From the NCBI GenBank assembly GCA_951406725.2, contig OX597828.1, positions 70,246,001-70,310,000 of the forward strand: 64,000 bases of DNA, read 5' to 3'. The translations under genes were made by a program, and so were the position numbers. The notes beneath the pieces were generated by a model that saw only the letters and a list, made by a program, of their open reading frames with translations, was not told where the DNA came from and made no database searches. Within the stretch, counting starts at the first letter, position 1. Every line of letters begins with the position of its first letter. Positions 14,074 through 27,306 of the stretch are shown here, piece by piece. Origin of the DNA: Octopus vulgaris. Its lineage: Eukaryota.

Positions 14074-14592
14074 GATGGCTGCCCCCTCGTTATCGAGTAT
14101 GGCCATTGCACGAAGCTTAATCAATGTTGTTATCGTGCAATGCCTGTGCAAGAAGATTATTTTTAAAGTGAGGAAAGGCTGTGCACTGAGTCAATCCCAC
14201 TCACTAAGCAACAGCAGCCATGATACGAGAAGAAGAACAAGTCAATATCATCGGTACCACTGAGCCGCAGGTTTTATGTCGGAGTTATCCCTAGTTATCT
14301 GAATTACCTTCTCCTAGAAGGATGCCTTAACAAAGGCTAGGAGTCCTTCACTCCCAATGGTTTACCCACGTGATCAGGTATTCAGTCCGATTATTTCTAT
14401 GTCCCTGCGCATGATACAGCCTTAAGGCACTTATTGGATGGCCGTTGACTCTCAAGAGTTCCTCCGCCCTTTGACGGGTTCTGTTTTTGATCCCGCAGGG
14501 TGTCCAATAAACACCCTACTCACCAAGCAAGCTTGGTGGGGTTGCCGGTTGTACTGGGTTACATGTTACCAGTAGCACTCGAAAGTGACCTG
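14074..14592. mobile_element. Putative retroposon inserted in a (TACA)n tract
   Basis: CpG-containing 0.5-kb block splitting a (taca)n array. The internal ttctcctag..ggatgccttaacaaaggcta resembles RTE-associated SINE motifs. Confidence 0.45.
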
Positions 14593-14625
<33 letters not shown>

Positions 14626-15197
14626 CATACATACATACATACATACATGTATATGTATATGTCATCATTTATCATCATCATTTAACATCCATTTTCCATG
14701 CTGACATGGGCCGGATGGTTTGACAGGACCTAGCAAAGCTGGGAGTCACACCAGGTTTCATAATCTGTTTTCAGTCCTTCCTGATGTCAACCACTTCACA
14801 GAGTGGACTGGGTGATTTTTACCAGTGTTTTTTGTGGCCCCTGCGTAAGTGCTTTTTACAGGGCACCAGAACCAATGATTTTTGCATGACATATATATTT
14901 GCATGTATGTATGTATGTATGTAAGTTGTCAAGGAAAGGAAAACTCTGAGAGAAAACCTGTGACACTGACGATATTCGATAATGTAGATTAGTTCTTTTC
15001 GAGTTTATGTTGTCCATGTTTAGAGAGTGGGATTGGATTTGTGCAAATCCTTTACCCACTAAAAAAAATCATCATTCACAGGCATCGCTTGGGAAAAAAA
15101 AGTAAGACCTATCACAAGAATGGCTGGTCATAGCCTTCGCATGTGTGGGACTTTTGATCAGGCAATGGCAATATTCAAACACGAGTTTGCAGCCACC

Positions 15198-15230
<33 letters not shown>

Positions 15231-15259
15231 GATGTATATATATATATATATATATACAT

Positions 15260-15295
15260 CTGATGAACGGCAACGAGAAACTCAGAGTAACAGAT
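15260..15295 (+). ncRNA. Degenerate minimal hammerhead motif
   Basis: CUGAUGA-a-cg-gcaa-cg-a-GAAA-cucagag-UA. Stem III is identical to the 28439 motif. The 5' strand of stem I is lost at the (TA)n junction. Confidence 0.5.
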
Positions 15296-15345
15296 TTTCT
15301 TGAATTTTCTGCTGCTTTAAATAAAGTATATATATATATATACGT

Positions 15346-15630
15346 GGAGGTGCAATGGCCTAGTGGTTAGGGCAGTAGACTCGTGATCGTAGGATCGCAG
15401 TTTCGGTTCCCAAACCGGGCGTTGTGAGTGTTTATTGAGGCTCTGGCAGGGGGTGGTGGCGGTCCCTGCTGTACTCTTTTGCCGCAACTTTCTCTCACTC
15501 TTTCTTCTCTTGGCCTGTTCGCTTAGCCAGCGGGGTGGCATCATTTGAAGGCTAAAACAATGCGAAGCGCATTGTGACCAGCGATGTGTAGAAACATCTT
15601 ATAGCCTGGTCGGTCACGTGATCACGTGAT
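15346..15630 (+). mobile_element. tRNA-derived SINE family D
   Basis: A-box tggcctagtgg, B-box gtttcggttcc. Related heads at 16218-16382(-), 28831-28934, 8597-8850 and 30026-30353. Confidence 0.8.
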
Positions 15631-16516
15631 ATATATATGCACACACATACACACACACACATATTTACACCCATTTACACACACATTTACATACATGTAT
15701 AGTTTATACATACCTCCTGCTCCTCTACGTTAGCTCCTCACTCCATTACTGCAGTATACTCCAATCTATGTAATACACACTCCCCATTTCCCTACACAAT
15801 TCAAATCTCCATACACTCCCTCCATCAATACGTATTCCTCAATAGCAATATATACTCTCCCCCTGGTATCTGTATAATGTTCACAGAAATATGTGCACTA
15901 CCAATCAATATATCAATATATTTGAACATCACTGTATAATATATACTCTCCACAATGATATATATACACATCAATATATATTCCTTGATAGCAGTATAAG
16001 CTTTCTTTGTGCTTTATATGTAATGTTCATAGCTATGTGCACACTTCACATTTATATATCAATATATCTAAACATTGTTAAATAATATATATTATCCACT
16101 TAGATATACATATAACTTTGTGTGTGTGTGTGTCTGTGTGTATTTTTTTTTTTAAAAAATTTTTTTTTTTACTTGTTTCAGTCATTTGACTGCGGCCATG
16201 CTGGAGCACCGCCTTTAGAGTGGTGAAAGAGTACAGCAGGGATCACCACCTCCTGCCGGAGCCTCGTGGAGCTTTTAGGTGTTTTTCGCTCAATAAACAC
16301 ACACAACGCCCGGTCTGGGAATCGAAACCGCGATCCTCCGACCGCAAGTCCGCTGCCCTAACCACTAGGCCATTGCGCCTCCTATATATTATATATATAC
16401 ATATATATATAATATATATATGTATATGTAAATATATATATATAAATAAATATGTGTGCGTGTAAAGAAATAACTAAATATATGCTAGCATGGAAGGCGG
16501 ATGTTAAACGATGATG

Positions 16517-16548
<32 letters not shown>

Positions 16549-16895
16549 GGCTTTTTCTGTACAGAAGCATAAAAGTGCATACTATACTATTCTACTAGTG
16601 TGTAGAGTGTGTTATTAATATCCTCATAGGATATACATAATTTTTTCAATTTTTTAAAGTATGTATGCATACCTATACATACATACATACATACATACAT
16701 ACATACATACATACATACATACATACATACACACATACATATACATATATATATTATGAGCTGGAGGTTATGCAACCATCTAAGGGGTAAATGTATCTGT
16801 AGGCACTGGTGGTGTATTCCCTCATTATGTATAGGCCTTGCTATAAGGTTAACAGTAGTTGGTAATTTAAATGGTAAACCATGGTTTAATATATT

Positions 16896-17001
16896 CAGAT
16901 AAGAAAACGATTAGAAGTTGATCATTGGTATTAAATGATACATACATGAAATTAAAATATAACCATTTAATACTAATGATCCACATTTCTTTTCTTATCT
17001 G
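16896..17001. repeat. ~105-nt imperfect hairpin
   Basis: cagataagaaaa...gatcattggtattaaatg pairs with catttaatactaatgatc...ttttcttatctg. Confidence 0.75.
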
Positions 17002-17045
<44 letters not shown>

Positions 17046-17062
17046 CATCATTTAATGTCCAT

Positions 17063-17215
17063 ATATAGGAAAATTTGTTTTGGGGTTTGAAAATGTTCCT
17101 GAATCTAAAAACGTAATCATTTTAAAATTTTGTAATAAATTTATTGAAATATCAAACGACTACATTTTTTTAAATTCAGGAACGTTTTCAAACCCCAAAA
17201 CAAAATTGCCTATAT
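17063..17215. repeat. ~150-bp palindromic hairpin
   Basis: atataggaaaatttgttttggggtttgaaaatgttcctgaat pairs with attcaggaacgttttcaaaccccaaaacaaaattgcctatat, with imperfect pairing continuing inward. Confidence 0.88.
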
Positions 17216-17269
17216 TCTTTCCTGCATGGGAATTCATCTCTTCTCTCCATGTTCACATATATGGATATG

Positions 17270-17343
<74 letters not shown>

Positions 17344-17530
17344 GTGTGTATGTGTCTGTCTGTGTGTGTGTGTGTGTGTGTGTATGTGTGTGTCTATATA
17401 TATATATGTGTGTGTGAGTGTGTGTGTATATATATATATATGTATACATATTCATGTATATTCATACATATATATCTATATCTATCTATCTATCTATCTA
17501 TCTCTCTATCTACATGTGTTGTATATATTT

Positions 17531-17578
<48 letters not shown>

Positions 17579-17655
17579 TGTATATATGCACATATATGTA
17601 TATGAGCACATACATAATATATATGTAGGTGTGCGTGTAAGTACATATATTGTAA

Positions 17656-17703
<48 letters not shown>

Positions 17704-18237
17704 TATATACATACATATATACATACATATATATATTAAAGACCAGATATCCTCTCACAATCCATTTGCAGCATTCCAAAATTTCAATCAATTGATTTTA
17801 TTGGAGTTATCTCCCTTGTTGCTTGCATTTAGAATTCCAACTTCCCTTGTGGGAGGTTTCGTGTAATGATTGCATGGATAATTTGTTTGAAAAATCTTTT
17901 TAAAATCACTGTATTAGATATGTGGGACCCTACCCTATACTTATAATAATATGTTTATAGGAAAACATTTGTGTGTGTGTGTGTGTGTGTGTGTAATACA
18001 CTTCTTTGGCTGCACAAGTACAGTTAGTATTGCTTCAATAGTCAAACAGTGTCTGCTGTCATCTGAGAGGTAGTGCAACTAATGTCAGCGATATGCAGCT
18101 AGCGCTGCACTAGCAACACCACCCACTGCTTCCGTTAACTGCTACATCCCTCCTCCTCCTCCTCCTATTCCACCTCCCACCACCACCACCACCACCACCT
18201 GCTTCATCTGCTGCTATTGCCGCCACCACCGTCTTCA

Positions 18238-18278
<41 letters not shown>

Positions 18279-19465
18279 GCATTATCTCGGTCAGCACAAT
18301 ATTGCAAGATTTTTACACACGCACGCATGCATGCACACACAACTCTATAGTGTTGTGTGTTGCTGGTGTTGTTGTTGCATTGGTAGTGTTACAGTACTAT
18401 TACAGTGGTATGGCAGTGTTGCAGTAGATGTTATAGTAGTAGTGGTTATGGTTGCCATAATATTTAATTGCTGTAGTGATGAACATGGTTTGGGTGATAG
18501 TATTTGTGGTTGTAGTTTTATCTGCAGTTTAACCCCAAGTCATCCATGATGGAGCAAACCTACAGTCAAAAGCGGTCCAGCCATGACCATCCACCTTTTT
18601 TGTGTTTTTTATTGTTTCTTCCTTTTTTTTTTTTTCATATGTAGGGCAATGCCCTTTCTTTTGTTAAAACAATTGTGTAGGATTTAAAGGAAATTTGACT
18701 GCTATTTCTAGCAGATTTCTAGCATGACCAAGCAGAAGTGTTTTCTCTGGCTCACTGGTCTGTGTGTGGCAGCAATGGTGATCGTGGTGGTGGTGGTGGT
18801 TGTGGTGGTGGTGGTGGTGGTTGTGGTGGTGGAATTGGTAACAGTAATGTTAATATTTAAACAGTGAAATAGTTGTGGACGTGGTGCTTGAGAGTGTATT
18901 GGTAATTGTGATGGTGTTGCTGGTGGTGTTGCTGGTGGTGGTGTTGGTGGTGGTTTTGGTGGTGGTGGAGCTACTGATAGTAATTTGGTTGGTGTTTGAT
19001 GATGATGATGGTGATGATGGTGGTGGTGGTGGTGGTGGTTTTGGTGGTGGTGTTGCTGGTGGTGGTGGTGGTGGTTTTGGTGGTGGTGGTGGAGCTACTG
19101 ATAGTAATTTGGTTGGTGCTTGATGATGGTGATGATGGTGGTGGTGGTGATGAGTAGTTGTGGTAGTGGTAGTGGTGGTGTTGGTGTTGGTGGTGGTGTT
19201 GGTGGTGGTGTTGGTGGTGGTGGCAATGGTAGTGGTGATCATGATTGCGATAATGATGATGGTGGCAGTGGTGGTAGTGACAAGGGTTGGTGATTGCAAT
19301 TTGGTTTGTGGATGATGATAATGATGATGATGATGGAGGAGGAGGAGGAGGAGGAGGAAGAGAAGGATGACAATGAGGAAACGATGACGATGATGATGAT
19401 GGTAGAGTGGTAGAGTGTGATGATGACGGCAGTGGTGACAACAGTAACAGATGTGGCGTTAACTG

Positions 19466-19530
<65 letters not shown>

Positions 19531-19838
19531 CTTGTAGTAATGTTGGTCACAAAGGTGAATGCAATAGTGTAGGTAGTAGCAGCAGTGGTGATGACGTTTC
19601 TAGAGAAATAGCAGTGCTGGTGATAGTGGTGGTGGTAGTGATGGTGGTGGTAGTGGTGGTAGCTGTAATAGAAGTAGTCCTACGGTAAAGTACACCCTGT
19701 TTCAGCTGTTCTTCTGCTCTTAAGTCATGGTCGTACAATTTTCTTAAAACAAAGCTCACTATCTTCTACTAGTTGCTTAGTTGCTATGGTTATGCTGCAA
19801 AAAATTTCTACTACCTACATATGTGTGTCTGTGTTGTG

Positions 19839-19880
<42 letters not shown>

Positions 19881-19977
19881 TATATATATTTATATATATA
19901 TGTCTGTGTCATCATCATCATCGTTTAACGTCCGCTTTCCATGCTAGCATGGGTTGGACTGTGTGTATATATATATA

Positions 19978-20038
<61 letters not shown>

Positions 20039-20295
20039 GTATGTGTATATATATGTATATATGTGTGTATATGTGTGTATATATATATATGTAATGTATG
20101 TATGCATGTATGTATGTATGTATGTACTTATGTATGTATATATTCTTATATTTTACGTGGCTGCTGCCTTGAAGAGTTTAGTTGAACAAATTGGCCCCAG
20201 TTTTTATTCCTTTTTTTAAACCTGGCACTTATTCAATTGGTCCATTTTTGTTGAACTGCAAAGTTACAGGAATGCAGACAAGCACAGACATAAAG

Positions 20296-20343
<48 letters not shown>

Positions 20344-20410
20344 ACGCATACATACATACATATATACATACAGACAGATAGACATACTTATAGAGATAGA
20401 GAGACAAAGA

Positions 20411-20452
<42 letters not shown>

Positions 20453-20640
20453 GACAGTCAGTCAGATAAATAAACTGATAGATATATAGAGATGTTGATA
20501 TCTACACAGTAGGCTTCTACACAGTAGGCTTCCACACAGTTTCCATGTACCAAATTCACTGACAGATACAATTTTGTTTAGGACAGGGCTATAGTAGAAG
20601 ACCATCCAATCATTTCCGACACAGAAGGCGGATGTTAAAC

Positions 20641-20674
<34 letters not shown>

Positions 20675-21429
20675 GTGATGGTGATGGTGGTTGTGGTGGT
20701 GGTGGTGGTGATATATAGTCATCATCATCATCATCATCATCATTTAAAATCCCTATCTCTGTTCCCTAATGGCATGGGTTGGTTGATGTGGCAGACCCAA
20801 TGTATCCAATCACTGTGTTCCATTTGTCTGTTTTTCCATGGTCTCTATGGCTGGATGCCCTTCCTAACACCAACCACTTTACAACATGTTCTGGGAACTT
20901 TTTTGTTTGTGCCACCAACACAAGCGAGTCTGGCATGCAGCTTGCAAAGCTACGAACCACAAAGGAAGTAACCTCATGCTAGGAGATGAAGGGTTAAAGT
21001 ATTAGAGAAAGGGCTAGAACAGAACAGATCTCTTTCTGTAGCGGGGGCCACATGGCTAATTCATATTTGAGAGGAGATGTGGAGAAAGGAAGAGGTAGAA
21101 AATAGCAGTGATGAGGCATCTGTGTGGACCCTAGAGGTAGAAGGTGAAAAGAATTGAGTGACAGCAGAAGAAGTGGGAGTATGTGTGGGTAGAGGTTGCT
21201 AAAGATTGTGAGAGAGTGAGACATAGGGGAATGGGTGAGGGGATGAATATAATGACTGAAGGACGAATGGTGTGTAGATGATGAGTAGGGGAGAGTAGGT
21301 GACAACTGTAGAGATTGGATAGAGTTGAAGGGTATGGAGAGAGTGATAGGTTAGGGGGGAAAACCAATGATGAGGGGTGAGGGAGGAAGAACACCAGAAC
21401 TGTAATAGATACAGTATATTACAGTATAT

Positions 21430-21462
<33 letters not shown>

Positions 21463-21532
21463 TATACACACACATATATATATATAATTATGCATATATA
21501 TATATGTGTATATATATATCATATATATATAC

Positions 21533-21626
<94 letters not shown>

Positions 21627-22171
21627 TAGATGCACACATGATGATGAATGTGTGAATGTATATAAATCAGTAATTATTTTCTAATGAGGGTTAATTAAAA
21701 TCAATTTTTGTATCATTTGGGAATAATAATAGCAGTAGAAACATGAGACTAACTGCAACAACTGCCTCCATTTTGCATAATAGTAATAAAAATAATCATC
21801 ACCATCACCACCACTACCATCACCATCACCACCACCATCATCATTATGATCATGATCATGATTAGTTTGGCAGCAGTAATAGCACATCAGAGAAAATACC
21901 TTGCTGTATTTAGTTGCCCTTATATGCTTTCTGAGTTCAAATTCCACCATGATCACCATTGCCTTTTTCCTTCTTCTATATGTCCAACTTTGTGTCTTTA
22001 TTGGAAGCAATTCTTCTTCTTCTTCTCCTCCTTTTCCTTCTTCTTCTTCTTCTTCTTCTTCTTCTTCTTCTTCTTCTTCTTCTTCTTCTTCTTCTTCTTC
22101 TTCTTCTTCTCCTCCCCCCTCCTCCTCCTCTTTCACCCCACCTCCCCCACCCACCCCACCCCCTCCTCCTC

Positions 22172-22783
22172 CAGTAGCTGATCCTTACATCCATATGAGC
22201 CTTACAGCATCCTTTCTGCTCTTCCGGAAGCAGGTCGTTTTCTTCCAGATGTTTGCTCATCCTTGCGATATTATTGCAGTAAAGGCTTCGTAAATTGTAG
22301 GGAGACAAGTTATTGGTCTGTAATTTCGTGGGTTTGCTGTTTCAGTGTATTTAGGGATTAGAACAGTTTTTCTTTCCATGAGCCATTCAGACATTGTCTC
22401 TAGCTCTGCTAGTATTTCATTAAATTTCTCAGCCAGTTTTTTAGGAGTTCCTCTTAGGTATTTTAACCAAAAGTTAGGAATCTTGTCATGCCCGGGTACT
22501 TTCTAGTTGCTTAGTTTTTGCAGTGCCTGGGTGACCTTTTCAGTTGTTATAGGGGCCCAGAGTTGTTCAGGTGCTGAGTTTGTTGTTTTGATAGACTTTT
22601 TCTGAGGTTGTTCCTTCGCCGAGCACATTTCTTTCCAGTATTGCTCAATATTGTTGATTGTCTACTAGTTTCATTAACGATTCACAGATCCTTTCTCTTA
22701 TTTTCTATTTTTTTCTGGATATTGTTTATTCGCCAGGATTTGTTTAGGTGGTGATACTTCTGATTGTATGGGTTTGTGGGGGC
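22172..22783 (-). mobile_element. R4/Dong-clade reverse transcriptase fragment (degraded)
   Basis: KVPGHDKIPNFWLKYL...TVLIPK...NPRNYRPITCLPTIY...LLPEEQKGC...GCKDQLL, with stops and frameshifts. Confidence 0.85.
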
Positions 22784-22825
22784 ATTATTATTATTATTAA
22801 TATTAATATTATTATTATTATATGA

Positions 22826-23316
22826 TTGACTTTTGCTTTATATTTGTACAAGTTGGCTCCAAGTCTCACCCAGAGACCTCAAGAAACAACAGATTGGAAG
22901 TTCACGTTGTTGTTATGCCTAGTGTGCCATATATTTGGTTGTTTTTTGTGTTGTACTAGTGGATGTCTAAAAGAAAATGTTTGTTTTAAACCTCGAGATT
23001 ACATAGAAAGTATTTTGCGTAGGATATGAGCAGTTCCCATGAGCACTATCTTTTGAATTTCTGCCATTTTGGGGTTTCCTGAGTTAGGTAGCGATCGGCT
23101 CCTTTTGCTATCATTCCCCAGGCACCTATGACAACAGGTATTGTTTTAGTCTTCAGGTTCCACATTTTGCTGATTTCTATTTCAAGATCTTTATATTTGC
23201 TCAGTTTTTGGTAGGTCTTGACAGATACGTTTATATCAATTGGGACAGTCATATCAATGAGGAGGCATGTTCTTTGTTTGAAGTCTTTCAATATGATGTC
23301 TGGCCTATTTGCATCT
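22826..23316 (-). mobile_element. R4/Dong-clade non-LTR retrotransposon 3' end (restriction-like endonuclease plus 3' UTR) in a (TAA)n tract
   Basis: NRPDIILKDFKQRTCLLIDMTVP...KLSKYKDLEIEISKMWNLKTKTIPVVIGAWG..., then after a frameshift ...VLMGTAHILRKILSM*. TTA/TAA repeats flank both sides. Confidence 0.85.
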
Positions 23317-23321
23317 TATTA

Positions 23322-23382
<61 letters not shown>

Positions 23383-23830
23383 CATCATTATCATTATTAT
23401 TATTGCTGTTATTAAGGCAGTGAGCTGGCAGAACTGTTAGCATGTCAGGCAAAATGCTTTGTGGCAGTTTATCAGGCTTTGTGCCTATAGTAGAAAGGGT
23501 TATTATTATCAGTAGCAGCAGTGGCAACAGCAGTGGTGGTACTTGTAGTAGTAGTAGTGTTTTGTATGAGCTGATTTGGTAGAGAAGGTACTTTGCGATA
23601 GAGTGGAACCTCAGTTTACATTTACCTCTCATCACAAACATATTGGTTGACAGACAATTTTTCAAACATAAACCATCTTGGTGGACAAACAGTGTCTCAA
23701 GTAGCAAACATGCAAACCAGCAACAAAGGCTGGTGACAAGCTGGGAATATAAGCTGCTGTTTAGCTTTAGTCCAGTGCACATCTCTGCCCAAATTCTTTA
23801 TGCCTTCTCTTGAATTTCATAAAGGGATAA

Positions 23831-24389
23831 TACGAGAGTGAGTCAAAAAGTAATGCCATTTTGTTTAGGACAGGTATAATTACCAACGCAGGAACATGTA
23901 TCATGCATAAAAAGGAAGCCGGTCCTCTGTGGATCACATTCCTACTTCTCAATATTGTCACCGTTTCTCTCAATAGCAATGTTCCGCCTTCCAATGAGAG
24001 CATGTATCCCTGCCCCGTAAAATTCTGTTGACTGTTCTTTGGGTCACTTCTTCGCTACAAAGTCAAAGAGACAACACCTTCTTTCGAAGGCTCGTAACAG
24101 GTGATGAAACATGGGTTCATCATTATGAACCGGAATCAAAGATGCAGTCAATGGAATGGCACCACTCTATGTCACTACCACCAAAAAAGTTCAAGATGCA
24201 AAAGTCAGCTGGAAAAATCATGGTGACTGTCTTTTGGGATGCTCAAGGCGTCATTCTGGTTGATTTCTTGCCAAAAGGAAAAACAATAAACTGATAATAA
24301 GCTTCATGTTGATGTATGATACATGTTCCTGTGTTGGTAATTATGCCTGTCCTAAACAAAATGGCATTACTTTTTGACTCACCCTCGTA
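23831..24389 (+). mobile_element. Internally deleted mariner transposon with ~75-bp inverted ends
   Basis: TACGAGAGTGAGTCAAAAAGTAATGCCATTTTG... and ...CAAAATGGCATTACTTTTTGACTCACCCTCGTA. Internal RRLVTGDETWVHHYEPESK.QSMEW...KSAGKIMVTVFWDAQGVILVDFL is a mariner transposase segment. Confidence 0.92.
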
Positions 24390-25762
24390 GTTTCACTTTA
24401 CAGACATTTCAGGCGATGAATGGTCTTCAAGAATGAGTTAAATTTGTAAACCGAGGTTTCACTACATTTGTTTCTGTTCTTTACTTTCTGAGTTCAAATC
24501 TCACTGAGATCAACTTTGCTTTTCATCCTTTCAGGGTCAATAAAGTAAATACCAGTCAAGTACCCTGGAGGGGAGGGTATCAATTTCACACCTACCCTCT
24601 TAAAATTGCTGGCCTTGTGACTAAACTAGCAACAATTACCGTATAATTATAAATTTCTAGCTTCTAACTGATTGTCTTAGATACTGGTTGTTATGGCAAC
24701 CTGGAAAAATATTTCTGTCTGATATAAATAAATTGTGTGTGTGTGTGTGTGTATCAATGTGTGAGTGTGTGTGAGGGTGTTAATGTGTGTATGTGAGTGT
24801 GTGTGTATTAGCTTGTGTGTGTATGTGTGTATTAAGAATGTTATCATTCATGTGTTTGTGCTTAACCACAGTAACAACAACAACAACAACAACAACAATA
24901 GCCACAGAAATAAATTGCTGACTCAGAAAATTGGACCTGGAATAGCAAAGCAACAAGAATATTAATATTAAGACATAGATGACAAAGAAGAGGAAGAATA
25001 ACAACAACCACAAGAAGAAGAAGGAGGAGGAGGAGGAGGAGGAAGAAGAAGAAGAAGAAGAAGAAGAAGAAGAAGGAAAAGGAGGAGAAGAAGAAGAAGA
25101 AGAAGGAAAAGAAGGAGAAGGAAAAGGAGGAGAAGAAGAAGGAAAAGGAGGAGGAGAAGAAGAAGAAGGAAAAGGAGGAGGAGGATGAGAAAGAGGAGGA
25201 GGAGAAGAAGAAGAAGAAGAAGATGAAAGTAGGTTTCTGTTTGAAGAAGAGTCGGTTATTATTTCTTGAAGAATGATTGGACTCCATAGAAGCCTCCTCA
25301 TTTATCCACAACATGTAAAAATGTTTAGTTAGATAATTAATGAGATGTGGGTAGGGTGTGTCTTGAGTGACAGATCTGTGAATCCTCATCGTCATCATCA
25401 TCATTGTCATGATCATTTAAGGTCCCTTTGCCCATGCCATCATAGGTTGGTTTGTTTAACAGGAACTGATGGATCACAGAACTGTACCAGTCTCCAATGT
25501 CTGCTCGGCATCATTTTTACAGTCGGATGCTGTCAAAAAAGCTGTACTAGTGAAGTCACCGAATACTTGGAAGACAAGATCCTTCAATAAATATGTCTGG
25601 AAAATTCTCCATAAGCATTTTCTCCATGGGGAAATTTGCTGTAGGAAATTTCACTGTAAAGGAAGAACACAAACAGACTGTAAACGAGAGAACTCGTTTT
25701 AAAGAAATTCCCCTTCTCTAATTGGTAGGTGTTTTTGATGAAGTTCCATTTTAAGAAAACAG

Positions 25763-25794
<32 letters not shown>

Positions 25795-26265
25795 TTAATT
25801 TTACTTATTTCAGTCATTTGACTGTAGCCATGCTGGAGCACTGCCTTTTAGTCTTTTAGTCAAGCAAATCAAACCCAAGACTTATTCTTTGTAAGCCTAG
25901 TACTTATTCTATCGGTCTCTTTTGCCGAACTAATGGGGACGTAAACACACCAGCATTGGTTGTCAAGTGACACACAAACATACACACACATGCATATATA
26001 TATATATATATATACATGTATACGACAGGCTTCTTTCAGTTTCCATCTACCAAATCCATTCACAAGACTTTGGTTGGCCCGAGACTATAGTAGAAGACAC
26101 TTGCCCAAGGTGCTACACAGTGGGACTGAACCCAGAACCATGTGGTTGGTAAGCAAGCTACTTATCACACAGCCACTCCTGCGCATATATATATATATTG
26201 CAATTTTTTGTTTTGCATATTTTTGTTTTATGGCAAATTTTCCTACAGCAAAGTAAGACTGTACG

Positions 26266-26510
26266 AGCATATAGCATAATGGTTTAAAGCGCAGGCTACT
26301 AACCCCAAGATTGCTAGTTCAATTCCAAGCAGTGCCTTGACTAAATAATAATAATAATAATAATAATTACATCATCAAAAAATACCTTAGGAATGAGAAA
26401 CTAGGGCACCTGATGAAGGCTGGGGGGGTATATCAGCCAAAACATTGTGGTAGCAACAAACAAGATGAGGACACATATCCATCAAATGTAAATAAAGTAA
26501 ATAAAGTAAG
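26266..26510 (+). mobile_element. tRNA-derived head + (TAA)n + degenerate hammerhead-like tail (chimeric SINE-like element)
   Basis: A-box TAGCATAATGG (26272), anticodon-arm-like gg-ctactaa-cc, B-box AGTTCAATTCC (26316), then CTGATGA-A-GGCTG...CAGCC-AAAA at 26410-26442. Confidence 0.6.
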
Positions 26511-27213
26511 AGTGCTGTATTAAAGGAGGTGAAAGCATGATAGAGGGGCTGGCCATGGACCCAATTGAACCTGGCGGGGTAGTGGTGGTGGTGGTGGTGG
26601 CTACATAACAACATTAACGATAAAGAGGGTCAAAGTGAACAACAACAAAAATTGTAGCAATTATGCAAAAAATAAATAATGAGCAGCAATAACAACAGGG
26701 AATCAATAAAAGATATTCTTTGTGGGTCTTTGACTGACTTGAAACAACAGTAAAATCTCCCTCAAAGCAGATCTGCCATTTTGAAAAAAAAACAATATCA
26801 CGGGGGATTCTGAAGTTTGGGAGGGACGAAATATATAATAATTAATGATCAAAGACCTACTCTTTCAGGACTGACCTGGGGTTAAACAACAACAGCAGCT
26901 ATAATAATTAGAAGAAGTGAATAATATAAAACAAGTCATTAAAGAAAAACACATGACCAAAAAATACAAATCTGATTGGCTTTTCTTGAAAATAGCAACG
27001 AATTCTTGGCAGCTTATTTAATTATTATTATTATTATTATTGTTATTGTTATTCTTGTGTGAAATAAATGAGTCAGAGGTGCCTTAGGGTCTGTCCCCAA
27101 CTGAAATAATACAATTGTTTTAATTAGCTTGTATTCCATGTTGATTCGTTAAATGTTGGGCATCATCGTTGTTATATCATCATCTCTGTGGAAAGTTGTA
27201 ATTAGCGGAGAAA

Positions 27214-27306
27214 ATGGAGTTTGAGGTCGTCACTGAGAATTACTTATTTGAGGATTTCACGGCAAACTTTATGAAGAAACAAACCGTTTCTGCAGAGCTG
27301 CAACTT
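27214..27306 (+). CDS. Candidate alternative first coding exon (MEFEVVTENYLFEDFTANFMKKQTVSAELQL)
   Basis: gaaaATGG start context, 31 open codons, CTT|gtaatt donor in phase 0. It is a unique CpG-containing island between TAA/CAT microsatellites. No homology recognised. Confidence 0.3.

Noticed and set aside
15346-15420. tRNA gene candidates (also 26266 and 56467)
   Set aside because: A and B boxes are present, but no complete cloverleaf is evident and each continues into a SINE-like body.
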